A stretch of 61,854 nt of DNA from Anaerolineae bacterium (GTDB lineage Bacteria > Chloroflexota > Anaerolineae > B4-G1). The notes below the pieces were generated by a model. That model worked only from the letters and a program-made list of their open reading frames with translations, was not told the DNA's origin and ran no database searches. Both the position numbers and the translations under genes were made by a program. Shown here in pieces: positions 61,852 through 61,854 of the stretch; positions within the stretch are counted from its first letter, which is position 1, and each line of letters opens with the position of its first letter. The stretch covers positions 1-61,854 of the forward strand of contig DAOUBA010000147.1 of assembly GCA_034432855.1 (NCBI GenBank). The letters run 5' to 3'.

Positions 61852-61854
61852 CTG

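Noticed and set aside
1-61854. Classical mobile elements, prophage, or an integrative island (transposase, integrase, recombinase, att-like tRNA-flank duplication at selC).
   Set aside because: No ORF has transposase or integrase motifs. The sequences flanking tRNA-Sec are a phased repeat and a palindrome, not a duplicated tRNA 3' end.

Overview
GC-rich 61.9-kb chromosomal window. About 55 ORFs look like real genes; nearly all other long ORFs in the track are antisense shadows typical of high-GC DNA. The gene content suggests a thermophilic Chloroflexota-like lineage (inference only, no search was possible): hrcA-grpE-dnaK-dnaJ with a perfect CIRCE, a T-box leader, YfhO/GT-C envelope genes, TtuA/TtuB, and tungsten-type aldehyde:ferredoxin oxidoreductases.

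Layout:
- 122-14465 (all minus strand): a 12-gene amine/amino-acid catabolic cluster with 3 class-III aminotransferases, 2 AORs, a ferredoxin, MmsA, an APC permease and an Lrp regulator.
- 14.6-25.3 kb: housekeeping genes (NUDIX, deacetylase, rpsA, infA, prmA, the heat-shock operon, mobB).
- 25.3-34.0 kb: four polytopic GT-C-like membrane proteins, a polyprenyl-phosphate mannose synthase and a methyltransferase.
- 34-43 kb: recF, a gene-decay zone, PBP1A, GNAT, an S8 protease and trxA.
- 43.1-45.8 kb: a T-box leader (Trp specifier inferred), then a P-loop ATPase, then TrpB2.
- 45.9-48.3 kb: a ThiS/TtuB-like carrier and TtuA, separated by plsY and an MNT-HEPN pair.
- 48.98 kb: tRNA-Sec.
- 49-62 kb: prsW, rlmE, galU, an AbiEii-type pair, gatCA, an M50 protease, an HD protein, a TyrA-like protein, GT4, an ABC-2 permease and priA.

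The most unusual signal is not a gene. At least 25 loci carry short repeats built from 7-8-nt phased units, often followed by their own inverted copy so that they form hairpins. They fall into several sequence families that recur at distant loci. They sit in intergenic spacers and also, in frame, inside coding sequences (mobB, all four GT-C genes, priA, the S8 protease tail).

No CRISPR array, rRNA, transposase or integrase was seen.
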